From Calcarisporiella thermophila CBS 279.70 (Eukaryota; Fungi; Calcarisporiellomycota): a stretch of DNA of 64,000 bases. Made by a program: the position numbers and the translations under genes. Below are positions 51,209 to 63,916 of this stretch, piece after piece. Position 1 is the stretch's first letter. Every line of letters begins with the position of its first letter. The stretch spans positions 98,012-162,011 of the forward strand of contig NW_027192206.1 of the NCBI RefSeq assembly GCF_041956535.1. The letters run 5' to 3'. The notes under the pieces were generated by a model. That model worked only from the letters and a program-made list of their open reading frames with translations. It was not told the origin of the DNA and ran no database searches.

Positions 51209-51808
51209 TCACAAGTTGAAAACAATATTACCTGAAAGGAGAAAGCATAAAATAAGTACAAACAAACCACATCATGCATCCCAGAGTAACCTCGTACGAA
51301 ATCTACCATTGACTTTTAGAGAGACTTGCACATCTCGATCCCACCGGCGGAATAGGAACGCGTTTTTTGGTTGGTCTATTGGCCTTTTCCCCTCCAACTG
51401 GTTTGATCCATCCTCCTTCTCACGAGGCTGGTAGCATCGGCATCCGAGCGAGAGTCTCCTCAACTCCGCCTGATTCAGCGGAAATGTAGACGATTTCCGG
51501 TGTAGATTGGGGCTTTGGCGGCTGCCAGCCAGTGTTCCTCTAGGCTAGCGTATGGGCCATCAACAAAGTTTAGCATGTACGACCTCTCCAAATGATTCAA
51601 CCCCTTGTGCATTTCCAAGGGAGTATTTGTGGGGAGAGCGGAAGGAGGAAGGTCCGAGTAGGGTTGGGGAGGAGCCGAAGCAAGGCCATGCTTGATTCCC
51701 TGCTAGCCACCTACCCCAATCCCATTTAGAACCATTCCCCTTAGGCTTGTATTGGAGGCCATTTGGATTGCGACGGAGAGCGTCCCCTTTCTCGGCCAAT
51801 TTTTCCAT
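51209..51808 (-). CDS. Small hypothetical spliced gene (~115 aa)
   Basis: A tentative three-exon model (MEKLAEKG...KWDWGR/GTLAGSRQ...VSLKVNG/NIVFNL*) can be built with GT-AG sites. It is divergent from the gene starting at 52005. Confidence 0.3.
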
Positions 51809-52004
51809 CGATGTCTGCGGTAACAGAGCTCGCGCGTATTTAAGGGGGAAAACACGCGAAAAATCGAATTAGCTTAGCTAGTTGGATGAGCTGTGTCACG
51901 TGCGGTTGCGGCGCTTGAATCCAAAAGGTTATTTGGCGTTCCTTTATACATGGAGTATTGAGAGGAGAGGAGAAAGTTCTCATTGGCAGTTCGCCCCACA
52001 CACC

Positions 52005-52845
52005 ATGCCCGCTAAATCATCTTCAGCAAAAGCAAAACAGCAACTCAGGGGCCCCTTCCGCTTCATCACAGCCCCCACCCCGCCCAAAACAAAGGCCCAT
52101 CCATGGCCCATCGGAGGTTACGTATTAATGGCCTTCATCGTGTATCTCTGGTTTTCCATGACGACGACCGAAGCCAAGGTGAGGGGGCTGATCGGGGGGT
52201 TGGTGTTTTCCGTGACAGGTATATAAAAGACGCGTCCGTTTGCGATGGATTCGAACATTGACACGCTGCTCGCTTTTATGCCCCTAGAGTATGTTTTCCA
52301 CATGGTCACGATCGAGAAGGCCGACGGGTCCATCCTAGTGCGCCCCTTCGACAGGCGCTGCCGCAAAGGGCACACGACGTTTGAGCAGTTTTTCATGAAT
52401 GTCTTGACGCTGCCCTTCTTCATCGAGACGTACCAGGCGCTTGTGTGGTTCAAGGTGGTGCGCGCAGTAGCGTTCCCGCTGCTTATCTGGGCCATCGAGA
52501 TCTTTCAGGGGTGAGTGTTGGAGGGTGCTTGACGTGCTTGTTGTTGGATGCGCGGTAACTCGAGAGCAATTCTCGTTTTAGATACGTGCTGATCTACCTG
52601 TACGGCTACAATAAAGCGTGGACCTATAAGGTGAGTGGGCCTGCAGCTGGGCCGCGGATCCGTGTTTATAGCAATCGCCTTACCTGTTTTGCTCGATGGC
52701 ACAGGGAAGCGATGCATTCTTCCACGGCAGCATTAAGCTTTCATTTGGGCCATACTGGGTGCTGATGGGGTTCGTGGTGCAATACTTGCTCTTCCCATTG
52801 CTGCTCCAGACCTCGCGCAACATCGCAAGCAAGCTGGCGTTTTGA
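52005..52845 (+). CDS. Small multi-pass membrane protein, TMEM229-like
   Basis: Four exons splice in frame: GGLVFSVTEYVF, GHTT, IWAIEIFQGYVL..GYNKAWTY, FFHGSIKLSFGPYW. Confidence 0.65.
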
Positions 52846-53218
52846 GCCGCCGAGGGGTCGGAGGCCTGGTTTTGCAGTCCGATTTGGGGGAAAGCGGGTT
52901 GAGGAAAGCCAAACTCTGCGGATGGATTTTATTATTATATAGCGAAAGTTCATTTTTCTCAGCCGGAGTTGCGAAATAAACAAAAAATTAAGCCAAGTGC
53001 GACAGGTATAAAGCAAAACAAGAAAAAAAAACCAAATGCTAGCAAAAAAAAAAGGGGAAAAAGTGGGGAAAAGAAAATGCACTTATGTACACTGAAACAA
53101 TAAGAAATAGCCACGGGCCACACAAAAGTACAGAATTTTTGAAATGAAGTATGAGTATCGTTTGAGAATCGACTCGCGTCTCAAGAACCAAGCCGGTCTT
53201 CCCGGCGTCCCCCCCTGG

Positions 53219-53281
53219 TCACTGTTTCGGCCGTGGCGGGAGGGGAATGTTAGGCATGGGCGGCCAAGGATCTCTGCTCAT
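53219..53281 (-). CDS. Candidate 20-aa proline-rich micropeptide MSRDPWPPMPNIPLPPRPKQ
   Basis: First ATG after a TATA box, in CCACC-ATG context, with a C/T-rich ATG-free leader and a T-rich 3' region. No other gene lies downstream on this strand nearby. Confidence 0.45.
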   Translation of the reverse strand: MSRDPWPPMPNIPLPPRPKQ

Positions 53282-53423
53282 GGTGGAGAAGCAATGGGGA
53301 TGCTGGAGGGGGGGGGGGACTGGGTGGAGGGATGGAGAGATGGCAGATGCCAGCAAATGACAAGAATGAAGACGGAAATCTCGAGGAGATAGCCGGAAGT
53401 GCAGCGCAGAACGAGTGCGGGGG

Positions 53424-53433
53424 TTTATATAGG
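53424..53433 (-). promoter_or_regulatory. TATA box (CCTATATAAA) upstream of the micropeptide ORF
   Basis: Same CCTATATAA element as at the CAP gene, about 145 nt upstream of ATG 53281. Confidence 0.5.
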
Positions 53434-54132
53434 TGTCAATGGCCCGGCAAGCAGGCGCGGTGGGACAAAGCCGGTCAGTCGACTTGCAGCTGTCTGGTGG
53501 TTCGGCAATGCAAGGAAAACAAAGAATAAACAAAGGGTGATTATGGTTTAGGTTTCAGCAAAACAATCAACAAACGGCCAACATGTTATAGAGCGGTAGT
53601 TTAGTGCCGGAGTTCGCAGGCTTCCCAGGAGCAAAAGAGAATTCAGCACAAGATTTGGCTCCCACTGGAGTGGAGGAGGGCTCGTCATTTGTTTTCCTTC
53701 GGTTGCCTCCTGCTTGCCCTTCATTTCCTCCTTTTTCCTGGGGCCCGAGCACAACCGGAAAACAACCACAAAGTCTCTTTCCTTCCTTTGGCGTTCATAG
53801 GCCGGCTTGGCGTAAAACAACTTTGACATCTCCAGCCACCTTTTGATTTGCTGAAACGAGCCCTCGCGAACGGCGGATAGCCAGGCTGTCCCTCCCCTAT
53901 CCTCCTCCTGTGGCTTCGATTTTTAAACGTCACCTCTGGAAACGTTTTTCAAAGGACGACACACGAACCTTTCCTTCCGATAGAAAGATTATCATTGCAT
54001 CGAGGGGCCGATCCCAAGTTTGGAAGGGCGATTTTATTGACCTAGGAAGCCGATCTCCCCCATCGTTTCTGACTGCGTTTGTACCGCTCTTACCCCTCGC
54101 TTGAATCTCTCACGGTTAATTAATCAGGCAGC

Positions 54133-57100
54133 ATGGATGATGAAGGTAAAAGCTTAATCAGCCATTCCCTTGATCGGCGTCTTTTGTATCCATCATCGCT
54201 GACCTCTGTCCATGCCCGTCCCCCATCGCGTAGTGGACATCTGCCGTGTTTGCCGGTGTGAAGCGACACCAGATCAGCCTCTCTTCCACCCGTGCCGGTG
54301 CAGCGGAAGCATCAAATATGTTCACCAGGACTGCCTGATTGAATGGCTCTCCCATAGCAAGAAGAAGTATTGTGAGCTGTGCAAACACTCATTTGCCTTC
54401 ACTCCCATCTATGCGCCGGACATGCCTGAGACAATACCGATGTTCCTTTTCATGCGGCGAGGCATTCGCCGCGTGCTCTCCGGCATCCTGTTGTTTCTCC
54501 GTGCCTGGCTGGTCATGACGGTGTGGACGGTGGTGTTGCCCTACATCACGGTGTGGGTGTGGCGATTCTATTTCTGGTCGGGGGATAATATAGCGTTTGG
54601 GCTGAATGGTTTGGACCAACCGCCACCTCATGAAACCGATCAAAATGCGACGATGTTTGCCCCCATGCAGAACGTTGTGTCTGAAATGGTCAAGGCTACC
54701 ATTGATCTCATAGTCAAAAACAACAACACTGAAACGCTAGCAATGAAAGAAAGCTACAGCAATATGGCAAGGTAAAATAATACTTTTCACTATATCCGTT
54801 TGTTTGATTTTTTTTATCTTAGATGGATGTGTTCGTCCACTTTTCTCCTTGATTGAAATAGCAAATTTGTTTCGGATTGCTTCGAGGGGCAAATAATCAC
54901 TTGCATTGTGGTTATTGTGTTTGTGGCTGCCTTTTTATTACGCGAGTGGATCATCCAAAACACGCCTGCCGAGCTCGATGGAGTTGCAGAGATGGATCAT
55001 ATTCCAGAGGCTCAGCAAGAGCAGCCCCAGCGGCAAGCACCCGAAGAAAGGGTCCTGTTCGGCAACCGAAATCCGCTGGCTCCTATTCCTCAGCCGGCTC
55101 CAACGGCTGCCCGAGAAAACCAGCACTTACCACCCCCACCCATACCCTCTGATTTCCAACAGGAACGAGCTGACCAGCTGCATCAGCAACGACAGAATCT
55201 ACAGGAACTGATGACCCAGCTCCGAGCCAACGTGCAACCAGCGCAGGCGGCTGATGCGCACGGTCAGGGCAACGGATTCAATTGGACTTCCGCTTCCACT
55301 CCCGACAAGCCTACTGACTCCCAAGACAACCTGGCCAGCTCCGATTTCCGATTCAACTTTTATGCTCCCGCTTCTCGTCAGGGTGACCCCGGCGCTTCTG
55401 GTCCCTCTAGAGCCATATTTACATTCCAAACCTCGCTTAATGGCGGCCAGGGCGGAGTAGCGGGAGAGTCCAATTTGTCGGATCGGCAAAGTAATATCCT
55501 ACCTCGCCCCTCTGTGGCTCTCCTGAATTTGCTAACACGTTTTGCTATTATTCACAGCTTCTACTTCGAATTCACATGCAGGTGTGGACAAAGATGAAAA
55601 GGATGCTGCGCAAAAGCCGTACCGCACGGCCTCTCTATTTATAACGCATCTCCCGGCGGCGCGCTCTAGCGATTCATTAAACTCGCGGTCACCCAACGAA
55701 GCCTCATCTAGGCCAGCCTCCACCTCGGGCGAGCAAACCAGTGCTCCATTCGCTTCGAGCCCTCCCGACTCCTCGAAAAATTTCGTCTTCAACTCAACCC
55801 CACCTTCATCCTCAAACTCAACCCTCAACCAAGGCACTGCTCGCTCTGACAAGCCCACTGAAACATCAGGCACGTTGCGTTTTGATAATGATGAGGCCAG
55901 CAGACCCCGTCCGTTCCGATTCGAGAGCACCCGATCCAACTCGACAGAAGAGGGGCGGCGGGAGAATCAGCCTTCACTCATGCAGCCAGCTTGGGGATTT
56001 GACGAGCTAGCTGCAAAGATTGGCCAGTCCTTGCCACCGGGAACGGAATCTCGCGTCATTAATACTGAACGCGGCCGTGTTATTCGGATAACAAAAGGTT
56101 TCCCGGTAGCAAAGCCTAGCACGCAAAAGGCTAGTGCAGAGGCTGGTGAATCATCAAGGGCCGGGACTGCCGTGGATGAAAAGGAAAATCAGGCGATACG
56201 GAGCGATAAAGACATCCAGCCGGTTTCCAATGCTGACAAGGGCAAGGGGGTGTCGACCCATTCTCAAGCGGTTGACGAGCAACGGGTTCCTGTGAATTCT
56301 GTGCATACACCGATTTCAGAGCCAGATCAGGTGCCCCCCAGCACCACGGGTTTACGCCAACGTATTCCGCATCGGTATCAGGATGATAACCACGAAGCAG
56401 ACGATGAAAACGCTGGCAATAGCGAGAGATGGAGTGATGTCGCTGTAATTGGGGGAGTCACCGACGCGGATAGACACGCGTCTCTGCCTCCACAGCATGT
56501 CCCGATCGCGGCCAACCAAGAGGAAACGTTCTGGCAAAGAATCCAGAGCTGGATGGCCAACAACAACGAGGAGAACGAGCATGAGGAGCACGAGGTTCCT
56601 GAGCAGCACGTCCCTGCCCCCAATGATCATGAGGATGGCTTGTTCCGGTTCCAGGGCGCAGCCCTTGGGCATGAGGACGAGCATGGGTTAGACCATGACA
56701 ATGTCGGAGGAATGGCCGGAGAGGGAGGTCAGCAAGGAATGGATGAGGGCGAGGAGGACGAGGAAGCGGGCGAGGAAGAGGAGGAAGAGGAGGAAATTGC
56801 CGAGGATGACCTCGAGGGGATGTTTGAGGCGATTGGCATCCGTGGTCCGTTATGGATGCTGCTCCAAAACTCCGCCTTGATGGCACTTCTGATCAGTCTG
56901 TGTCTTGGAGCCTCGGTCTTTGTTCCTTACGTGACGGGCAAGACTCTCATCCTGGTATTTATCTAGACATTGCTTTCTGCCGATGAAAAATGACTTATAC
57001 CTATATATTGTCTGCTTGTTGTTTATCCTAGATCAAGCCTTTGAAGCTTATCCAGCTCCCATTGACGCTTACTCAGATTATTACGAACCCAATAGTGGAA

Positions 57101-59290
57101 TGGCTTGTGACAAAGTTCATTGAACCAGGAGCAAAAGCCATTTGGAGGATGGTGGAGCCGCTATGCTCCAATTTCTTTTCTTTGGCGAACGATGAATCAA
57201 ACTCAATCCTCTACGGGGGAAGCCAATTTCTACAAAAGCACTGGAAGCAGGTCATGACCAACGAACATTTCCCCTTCTTCTCGCCGTCATCCCTCAACAA
57301 TACCCTTACCAATCAAACCCTTTCTCTCCCGTTCACTCCGATAGCAAATGCGATCGGGCGGTGGCAACAGATCCCGAGTAGCAACTCCCCTGTAGATCGC
57401 ACTATTTGTGTCCTAGTTGGTTATGTAATCATGATTGGGATGGGCGCGTGGTACCTTGCAAAAACAAAGAACATGTACGGCCGCACGGTTAACCGAGCTA
57501 TGCAGCAGGCAATCCACCAACAGGGCATCATCCTGAAGGTGGCGTTCTTCGTGGCCATCGAGCTCGTCGTGTTCCCGATCATCTGCGGAATCCTCCTCGA
57601 CCTCTCCACGCTACCTCTATTCCCGAACAATGCGGCCCGCCAGCGCTACGAGTTCCACGAGCACGCCCCCTTCACCTCCCTGTTCATGCACTGGTTCCTG
57701 GGCACCGGCTTCATGTTCCATTTCGCGGTGTTTGTCTCGATGTGTCGGGACACGGTTCGGCCGGGCGTGATGTGGTTCATCCGCGATCCAAACGACCCCC
57801 AGTTCCACCCCATTAAGGAGATCCTCGAGCGGCCCGTGTTGACCCAGCTGCAGAAGATCGGCACCTCAGCCCTGATGTACTCGGGGATGGTGGTGGTGGG
57901 GATTGGCGGGGTCGTGCACGCCATCTCCTGGTGCATTCCCGGGGTGTTGCCGCTGAACACGGACATGAGCCTGTCGCTCTCCGATTTCCCGATCGATTTG
58001 CTCGCGCTCCACCTGATCATACCCGTCACCGTGGATTGGGCAAAGCCCAAGCGCATCCTCCGGAAGCTCTTCACCAAGTGGTGGCGGGCGACCGCGCGGC
58101 TGCTGCGGCTGACCTCGTTTATGTTCGACGAGAGAAAGGAGGATGAGGAGGGCTACTACGTGGGGAGGTCGTGGTACGGCTGGTTGACGGGGCAAACCAC
58201 GGGGCCAGGCATCGAGTTCATCAAGGACGGAGGGTTTGTGCGGGCGCCTCGGTACGATGGCGTGCCCGTGATCCAGGGACGGCGCATGCTCATCCCTGTC
58301 AACGAGCAGGGGGAGCGCTTGGTGGAGCAGGACGATTCGCGCTTCAACCCTCGCCTCGACACGAGCAACACCGTGGTCGTGTACGTGCCTCCTCGGTTCC
58401 GCCTGCGCGTCACCAGCTTCCTCCTCCTGATGTGGCTTACCGGCTCCGCCTTTGTCTGTGCGTGCACGATCATCCCACTCTTGACGGGACGCCGCGTGTT
58501 CCGCCACTACCTGGGGAGTGAAAAGACGGTGCACGACATCTACGCCTTCTCCGTGGGTGCCTACCTGGTCTGGGGCGTCGGGTTGGTGATCGACTGGGTG
58601 GTGCGCGGCCTGCTCGCCCTCAAGGCCGAGGACTGGAAGGTGGACCTGAAGGCGGTGGCACAGCGAGTGGGGAGTGCAACTCTTCTGGTGCTCAAGCTGC
58701 TCTATGTGTCGGTGGCCTTGGGCGTGGTCATTCCCTTTTTGTTTGCACTGGCCATCGAGCTGTATATCCTATTGCCTGCACGCTACTCCCCCAAAGAAGA
58801 TACCAGGATTGAGATCAACTTCTTGCAGGACTGGGCGCTCGGCCTGATCTACATCAAAATCTTCACCAAGGCGGCGACCATGCTCGGCGAGAACCGGTGG
58901 AGCCGCACCATCAACGAAATCACCGAGAACGGGATCAGGCGACTGAATGTGGGTGATTTGACTCGGAAGGTGATTGTGCCGGTGGGAGGAGGGCTGTTGC
59001 TGGGAATTTTTGTCCCCTTGGTGGTCTCATGGGTGGCAATAGTGGCGATGGAGGTGGAGGGAAATTTGAAGGTTGCCGTGTTCCGATACATGTACCCCAT
59101 CCTGGCTGGCGTGGGCATTGTATACAAGTTACAGCGGCAGTGCTTCCTCATGATGCGACGGTGGATGCAGGTGATACGGGACGAAGAATATTTGATCGGG
59201 CGGCGACTGCATAACTTGGCGGAGACGGAAGGGGAGACGGGAGGAGGGAACGAAGTGGGTGAAGCGGTGGAAGAGCCTGCAGCACGATAG
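54133..59290 (+). CDS. DOA10: ERAD E3 ubiquitin ligase Doa10/SSM4 (MARCH6/TEB4)
   Basis: 13-nt first exon, then RING-CH CRVCR...PCRCSGSIKYVHQDCL..WL..CELC. TD domain FFVAIELVVFP..RPGVMWFIRDPNDP and C-terminal IRDEEYLIGRRLHN. Confidence 0.93.
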
Positions 59291-59644
59291 ACCGAATTTT
59301 GCCCTATTGTGAATTATTTTTTTCCCCCTTTTATATTCACCTCTAGGTAGTTTATTTTCAAAAATCGCTTTTTTTTTATCTTTTTATCTTCTACCTTTTT
59401 TTACCTCTTTTTTATTGTCTCCTCGTCTTTTTCTTCTTTCTTCTTTTACTTTTTTCTTCAAAATGTCTTTTTTTTTTCCCTATATATATTGGACTTTTTT
59501 CTCTCTGCTTTAGCCTTTGTCACTTATCCAAGTCCTTGAAAATTAAAAATATGTATGTGACTGCTAAAATGGGGATTTCCACTCAGTTGACGCGTAAAAC
59601 CTATATTTTTTCGAGATCCTACTTTGCGAGACAAGACAGAGGTC

Positions 59645-62600
59645 ATGGATGACCAAAACCAACCGTCCAAGTCAAATCTATCTGAGGCTGGAATCCACTC
59701 CACTTCTTCCGCCGATCAGAGCCCATCGTCGACTCGGTCATCCCGCGATTCAAATGCCATGCCTTCTGCGACAAGCACTCCGTCAAAGAGCGGGCGTGCA
59801 TCGAGTCGACAGCTCAAGTTTGGTCGTGGATCGCAAGGAGGGAACTCAGTGCTAGTTCTTATGGAGGGAGGGTCGAAGGATGGAAAGGTTTCGATGGATG
59901 TCCAGCAAGAATCGAATGGTGACGGAAAAGTGATTGCAGCTGGGAGCGGAAGTGGAGGTAAAAGTGCGGAATCCACACCGAAACGCGGACGCGGAAGACC
60001 CCGTAAGCAGGATCTAACTGGTTTGTTTTTCGTTTCGAGCTTATAACAAAAAGAGAAAAAAAAGTATAGTAATCTAAACTAATGATCTCTGCTTTCTGAA
60101 AATAGGAGGAGGAAACGCGGAGAATGAGGGAGAGGCGTCTGAAGCGCATACACCAACGAATCGAAAAACCCAGATTAAACAAAGTTCAAGTTCTAGCAGA
60201 CGAAGCAAGCATCTCAAAAATGAGCAAGATCTGCACAACATCGCTGAAGCGAACGACCAAGTGAGCGTCAGTAATCGGGATGAAAGGGAAATGGAGGAAG
60301 AGGATCATAACCTGGAGGCTACAAGCGAGGAGCCATTCACTCCCGAATCTCGTCGGGGTCGCGGTCGTGCAGAGACCAGTTCATCCGGACGTGGGCGCGG
60401 CCGTGGTCGGGGCAGACCCCGTAAATATCGCCCGGAGGAGGAGATGGGGTTGGATATGGAATTGCCTACGAGTAGCGTTAGAAGTACTAGCTCTGAAAAT
60501 GCTTTCAAGCAAGAACACAGCATTTTGAGTTATATGAAGCCACGCAAGACAAACCCAGCTGAAAACGAGAATAAATCCCCAGGGGATACGACAGGAGAGA
60601 ATAGGGATGAGCCAAGCATGGAAATGGAGGAAAGCATGGCAGACGAGGAACTAAGTACCCCGGTGGTTCGGCGAGGCCGAGGGCGTCCGAGAAAAAATGC
60701 GGATGATAGTGGGCCAAGGTCTGTTCGTAGTAGTGGAAGCGGAAGGGGGAGAGGAAGGGGAAGAGGGAGAGGAAGAGGGAGAGGAAGAGGGAGGGGAAGA
60801 GGAAGGGTACTTAATACTGAGCAAGCGGGTGATGAGGATTCCATTATGGATGAAGCCAATGCAGAAAAGGAAGTGGGCGAGGAAGAGGATGCTGAGAGGA
60901 TGTTGACGGATGAAGAATTAAATACACCTTCGGGCCGACGTCCGCGACGGACGGCCAGTGCGCGTGGAAGAAAGCAAATGCGTAAAATGATACATCATTC
61001 CAACGATTCCGGAAGTGAATTTGAATTGAACGATACTGGAAACGCAGAAGAGGACGATTACGACGAAGAAAGCTTGGCCGAGGAGGAAGAGGAAGAGGAA
61101 GAGGAAGAAGAGTTGGCAGAGTCTGATGAATTAGAGGGGGCAGAAGGAACTGAGTTTGACGGAGGCCGATCAAAGCGATCTGCGTACAAGCCGCGGGGCA
61201 AGTCCGGTAGTACTCCGCGGAGAAACAAGAACACGTTAAAGGATTTTGCAAATGTACCAGTGGCCGGCTGGCAGTTCCTGTCGAAACTCGAGGTGCTAGA
61301 TGAACCGGTTGGCGTTCCAAAAGGATGGTTGAAGCAGCGTGTTTATACCAATGTGACGTTGCTTCCTGAGGACTATACAATAGTATCTGAAGAGTATGAG
61401 AGTGGATTAGATATTACACGAGGCATGTTTATCCTAAATTCTCTCACACCTTTTAGAGACGCACTGGATTATCTTCCTAAGCGACGAACCCCCGTCACCA
61501 TTGAGTTGAAGTCTTCGGGGGGAGCGGACGAACTCTTGCTTGATCCCCAACAGTCGATTAATCTTGGTAAGCTTAATACGAGTCATCCCATGCTCATTTT
61601 CGACGAACTAATCACTTTTCTCTGCGAAAAGATGACTACTATGAAAATAAGCAAGGCTGTATTGTCAATGCTGCAGGGTCCGTATGGGGCCTTGATTGGT
61701 GTCCTCTTGGAACCTCCAAGACTAGTAAGTTGAACTACCAACTTCTTCACTCCGTACACTAACCTTAACATGGCCCTTTCCATAGCGTCCTCCCAATATT
61801 TAGCCATAAGTGGATATAGAGGAACATCCGATGAACACCACGGACTCCACTCGAAACAGCCTGCTACAAAAGGCTGCATCCAAATATGGCGTATTGACTC
61901 TCAACACGAGGTTGCAGATGGGTATGCAAAATGGATCTTTTTCCCTTTTATAATAAAATGACAGTCTTATTGACGCGAATGCTGCATTTACTTTAGTGAA
62001 CCGAGAGCTATGTTGGATTTATGTCTTCTCCACGATTTCGGCTATTCTCGTGACATCAAATGGTGCCCTTATGGAACTTTTGTCGAGGTCTGCATTTAAT
62101 TGATTTGTATGTGGTTGATTTCTGATAACTTATACTCTGATCCCCGTAGTGCCCAAGCGAAAAGACAGGACCGTCTGATTCCCCTCCAGGCAGACTTGGA
62201 CTCTTGGCAGGTTGTTTTGGGGATGGAAGCCTTAAAATCTTCAACATTCCGCACCCAGAAATGTTAAGAAGGCAACATGGGGTCGGGCAAGACGAGACAG
62301 TCTTTGGTAAGATGGTCTTGGATTGAGACTGAAGGAACCAGAAGCACTGACCTCTATTTCATACTTTAGTGCAATTAACTAAACCCCTCTTTCTTGCAAC
62401 CCTTCCGGATACACGCTTGCACACCGTATGCTGGATGGGACACACGCAGATCGCTGCTGGATGCTCTAATGGCAAGTCTTCCTCATGTCTTTTAGAATGC
62501 TAACATGATGGGCTAATCTTTATCGTATCCAGGCTGTATTGTTGTCTGGAATATTGAAGAAGCATTGGAGCCTCCGACAATAATGGAGGAAGAATACAGA

Positions 62601-63615
62601 ATATCAGGTAAATGTTTCGTGTGCCTTCGCTTCCTATCGATAGCATATTAATGGCATGTATTGTTTCTTAGCTTTCGAACCACTCCACTATCTTCCCGCA
62701 CACGACTCCTGTGTATCGATGATTGAATGGGGCGGCCCGAATGATCCAACATTAATTGCAAGCACAGGGAAGGATGGCAGAGTTTTGGCGCGTGATTTGC
62801 GGGATCCTTGGACCGTGATTCCAATTGCTCGAACATTGAGTAAGATCTATACCTTTTTCATTATAATCTTTAGAATTGCATTAATTTTGTATATTTGTTC
62901 CTTTTTAGCACCTATCGACACTATTCTGTGGCCGTACTTTGCCAAAGAGATTCTTTACATGGACTCTGAAGACAATATAATATTGGTGAAGCTGCAAAAG
63001 GAAAACATCGTTTTAATGAATCACTGGCATCATATCTGGGTATGGGATTCTATTTTTTTTTAAAAAAAAATATCCTCTCTGGGTGGTTATGCCAATAGCT
63101 CATTTGCTATTTACCTTTTCCTCTCTCTAGTCCGCATCAAGTTCTCACTTCCATCCGTTTATTGCCACCGCTTCTGCCGATGGTCGTGTCAAAATGACAA
63201 ATATGTACGAGGCTCGCGGGAGATACTTGGTAAGCCTTGAAAACTTGTGTTTATTTTCTCCCTATTATTCACCCAACCTGCTCATTTAGAAAGTCAACCG
63301 GCACAATTTATACCAACTTGCTTACAATAATGAGACCGACAAATATCATTATTTGGACTCAGTTGTACCGGAGGTGCATATCTCAACCATTGCTCCCTAA
63401 TTCTTCAACTATTTTGATTCTCTAGGCTCACACTTCTTTTTTCAAATTAGATTCAGGTCAGGTATCATACGAGTGTCCTCTCCCAAGTCCAACAAATCTT
63501 TGCGCCTGAGGCCTCTATCCAGCGCGTATCATGGTGTCCAAACTCGCGAGCATCTGCTTGGATTGCTTCCGGCGGCATGGCGGGGCTCGTCCGAGTGGAA
63601 AAAGTGCGCGTTTAG
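59645..63615 (+). CDS. TFIIIC tauB subunit Tfc6/Sfc6/GTF3C2-like (AT-hooks + WD40)
   Basis: Three RGRGRPRK AT-hooks, an (RG)n tract and acidic runs, then WD40 repeats (AAGSVWGLDWCP, DIKWCP, LGLLAGCFGDG, RVSWCPN..WIASGGMAGLVRVE*). Many short introns. Confidence 0.78.
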
Positions 63616-63838
63616 AGGAATGCTTTTTTCTTTTTTTTTTTTTGAATGAGTAACAGCCCATTGTAGTTTAATATACTCTGTATATACAATATGGATTTCT
63701 TACTTTTATGTTTTTTCCTTAATTTTAATAAATCTTGTATACAAAATCCTATTTGATTCGATACTTTGCCCATCAGCTTAATAAAGCCCTTCTTCGACAC
63801 GGTAGTTGTCCTATAAAAAAAATAGAAAGAAAAAAATT

Positions 63839-63843
63839 AAAAA
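63839..63843 (-). terminator. Pol III oligo-T terminator of tRNA-Cys
   Basis: T5 on the minus strand immediately after the tRNA 3' end, followed by further T runs. Confidence 0.7.
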
Positions 63844-63844
63844 G

Positions 63845-63916
63845 AGGACTCGTCGGGATTTGAACCCGAAACCTTAAGATCTGCAGTCTCACGCTCTACC
63901 GTTGAGCTACGAGTCC
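63845..63916 (-). tRNA. tRNA-Cys (GCA), intronless
   Basis: Acceptor stem GGACTCG/CGAGTCC, D-arm TAGCTCAACGGTAGAGC, anticodon loop CTGCAGA, T-arm TCGGG-TTCAAAT-CCCGA, discriminator U73 typical of tRNA-Cys. Confidence 0.96.

Noticed and set aside
42742-59290. ERAD gene cluster (HERP-like + DOA10)
   Set aside because: The genes are 10 kb apart with unrelated genes between them and act in different ERAD branches; probably coincidence.
63845-63916. tRNA-Sec or suppressor tRNA explaining in-frame stops
   Set aside because: The anticodon is GCA, the variable loop is short and the fold is a standard 72-nt tRNA-Cys.
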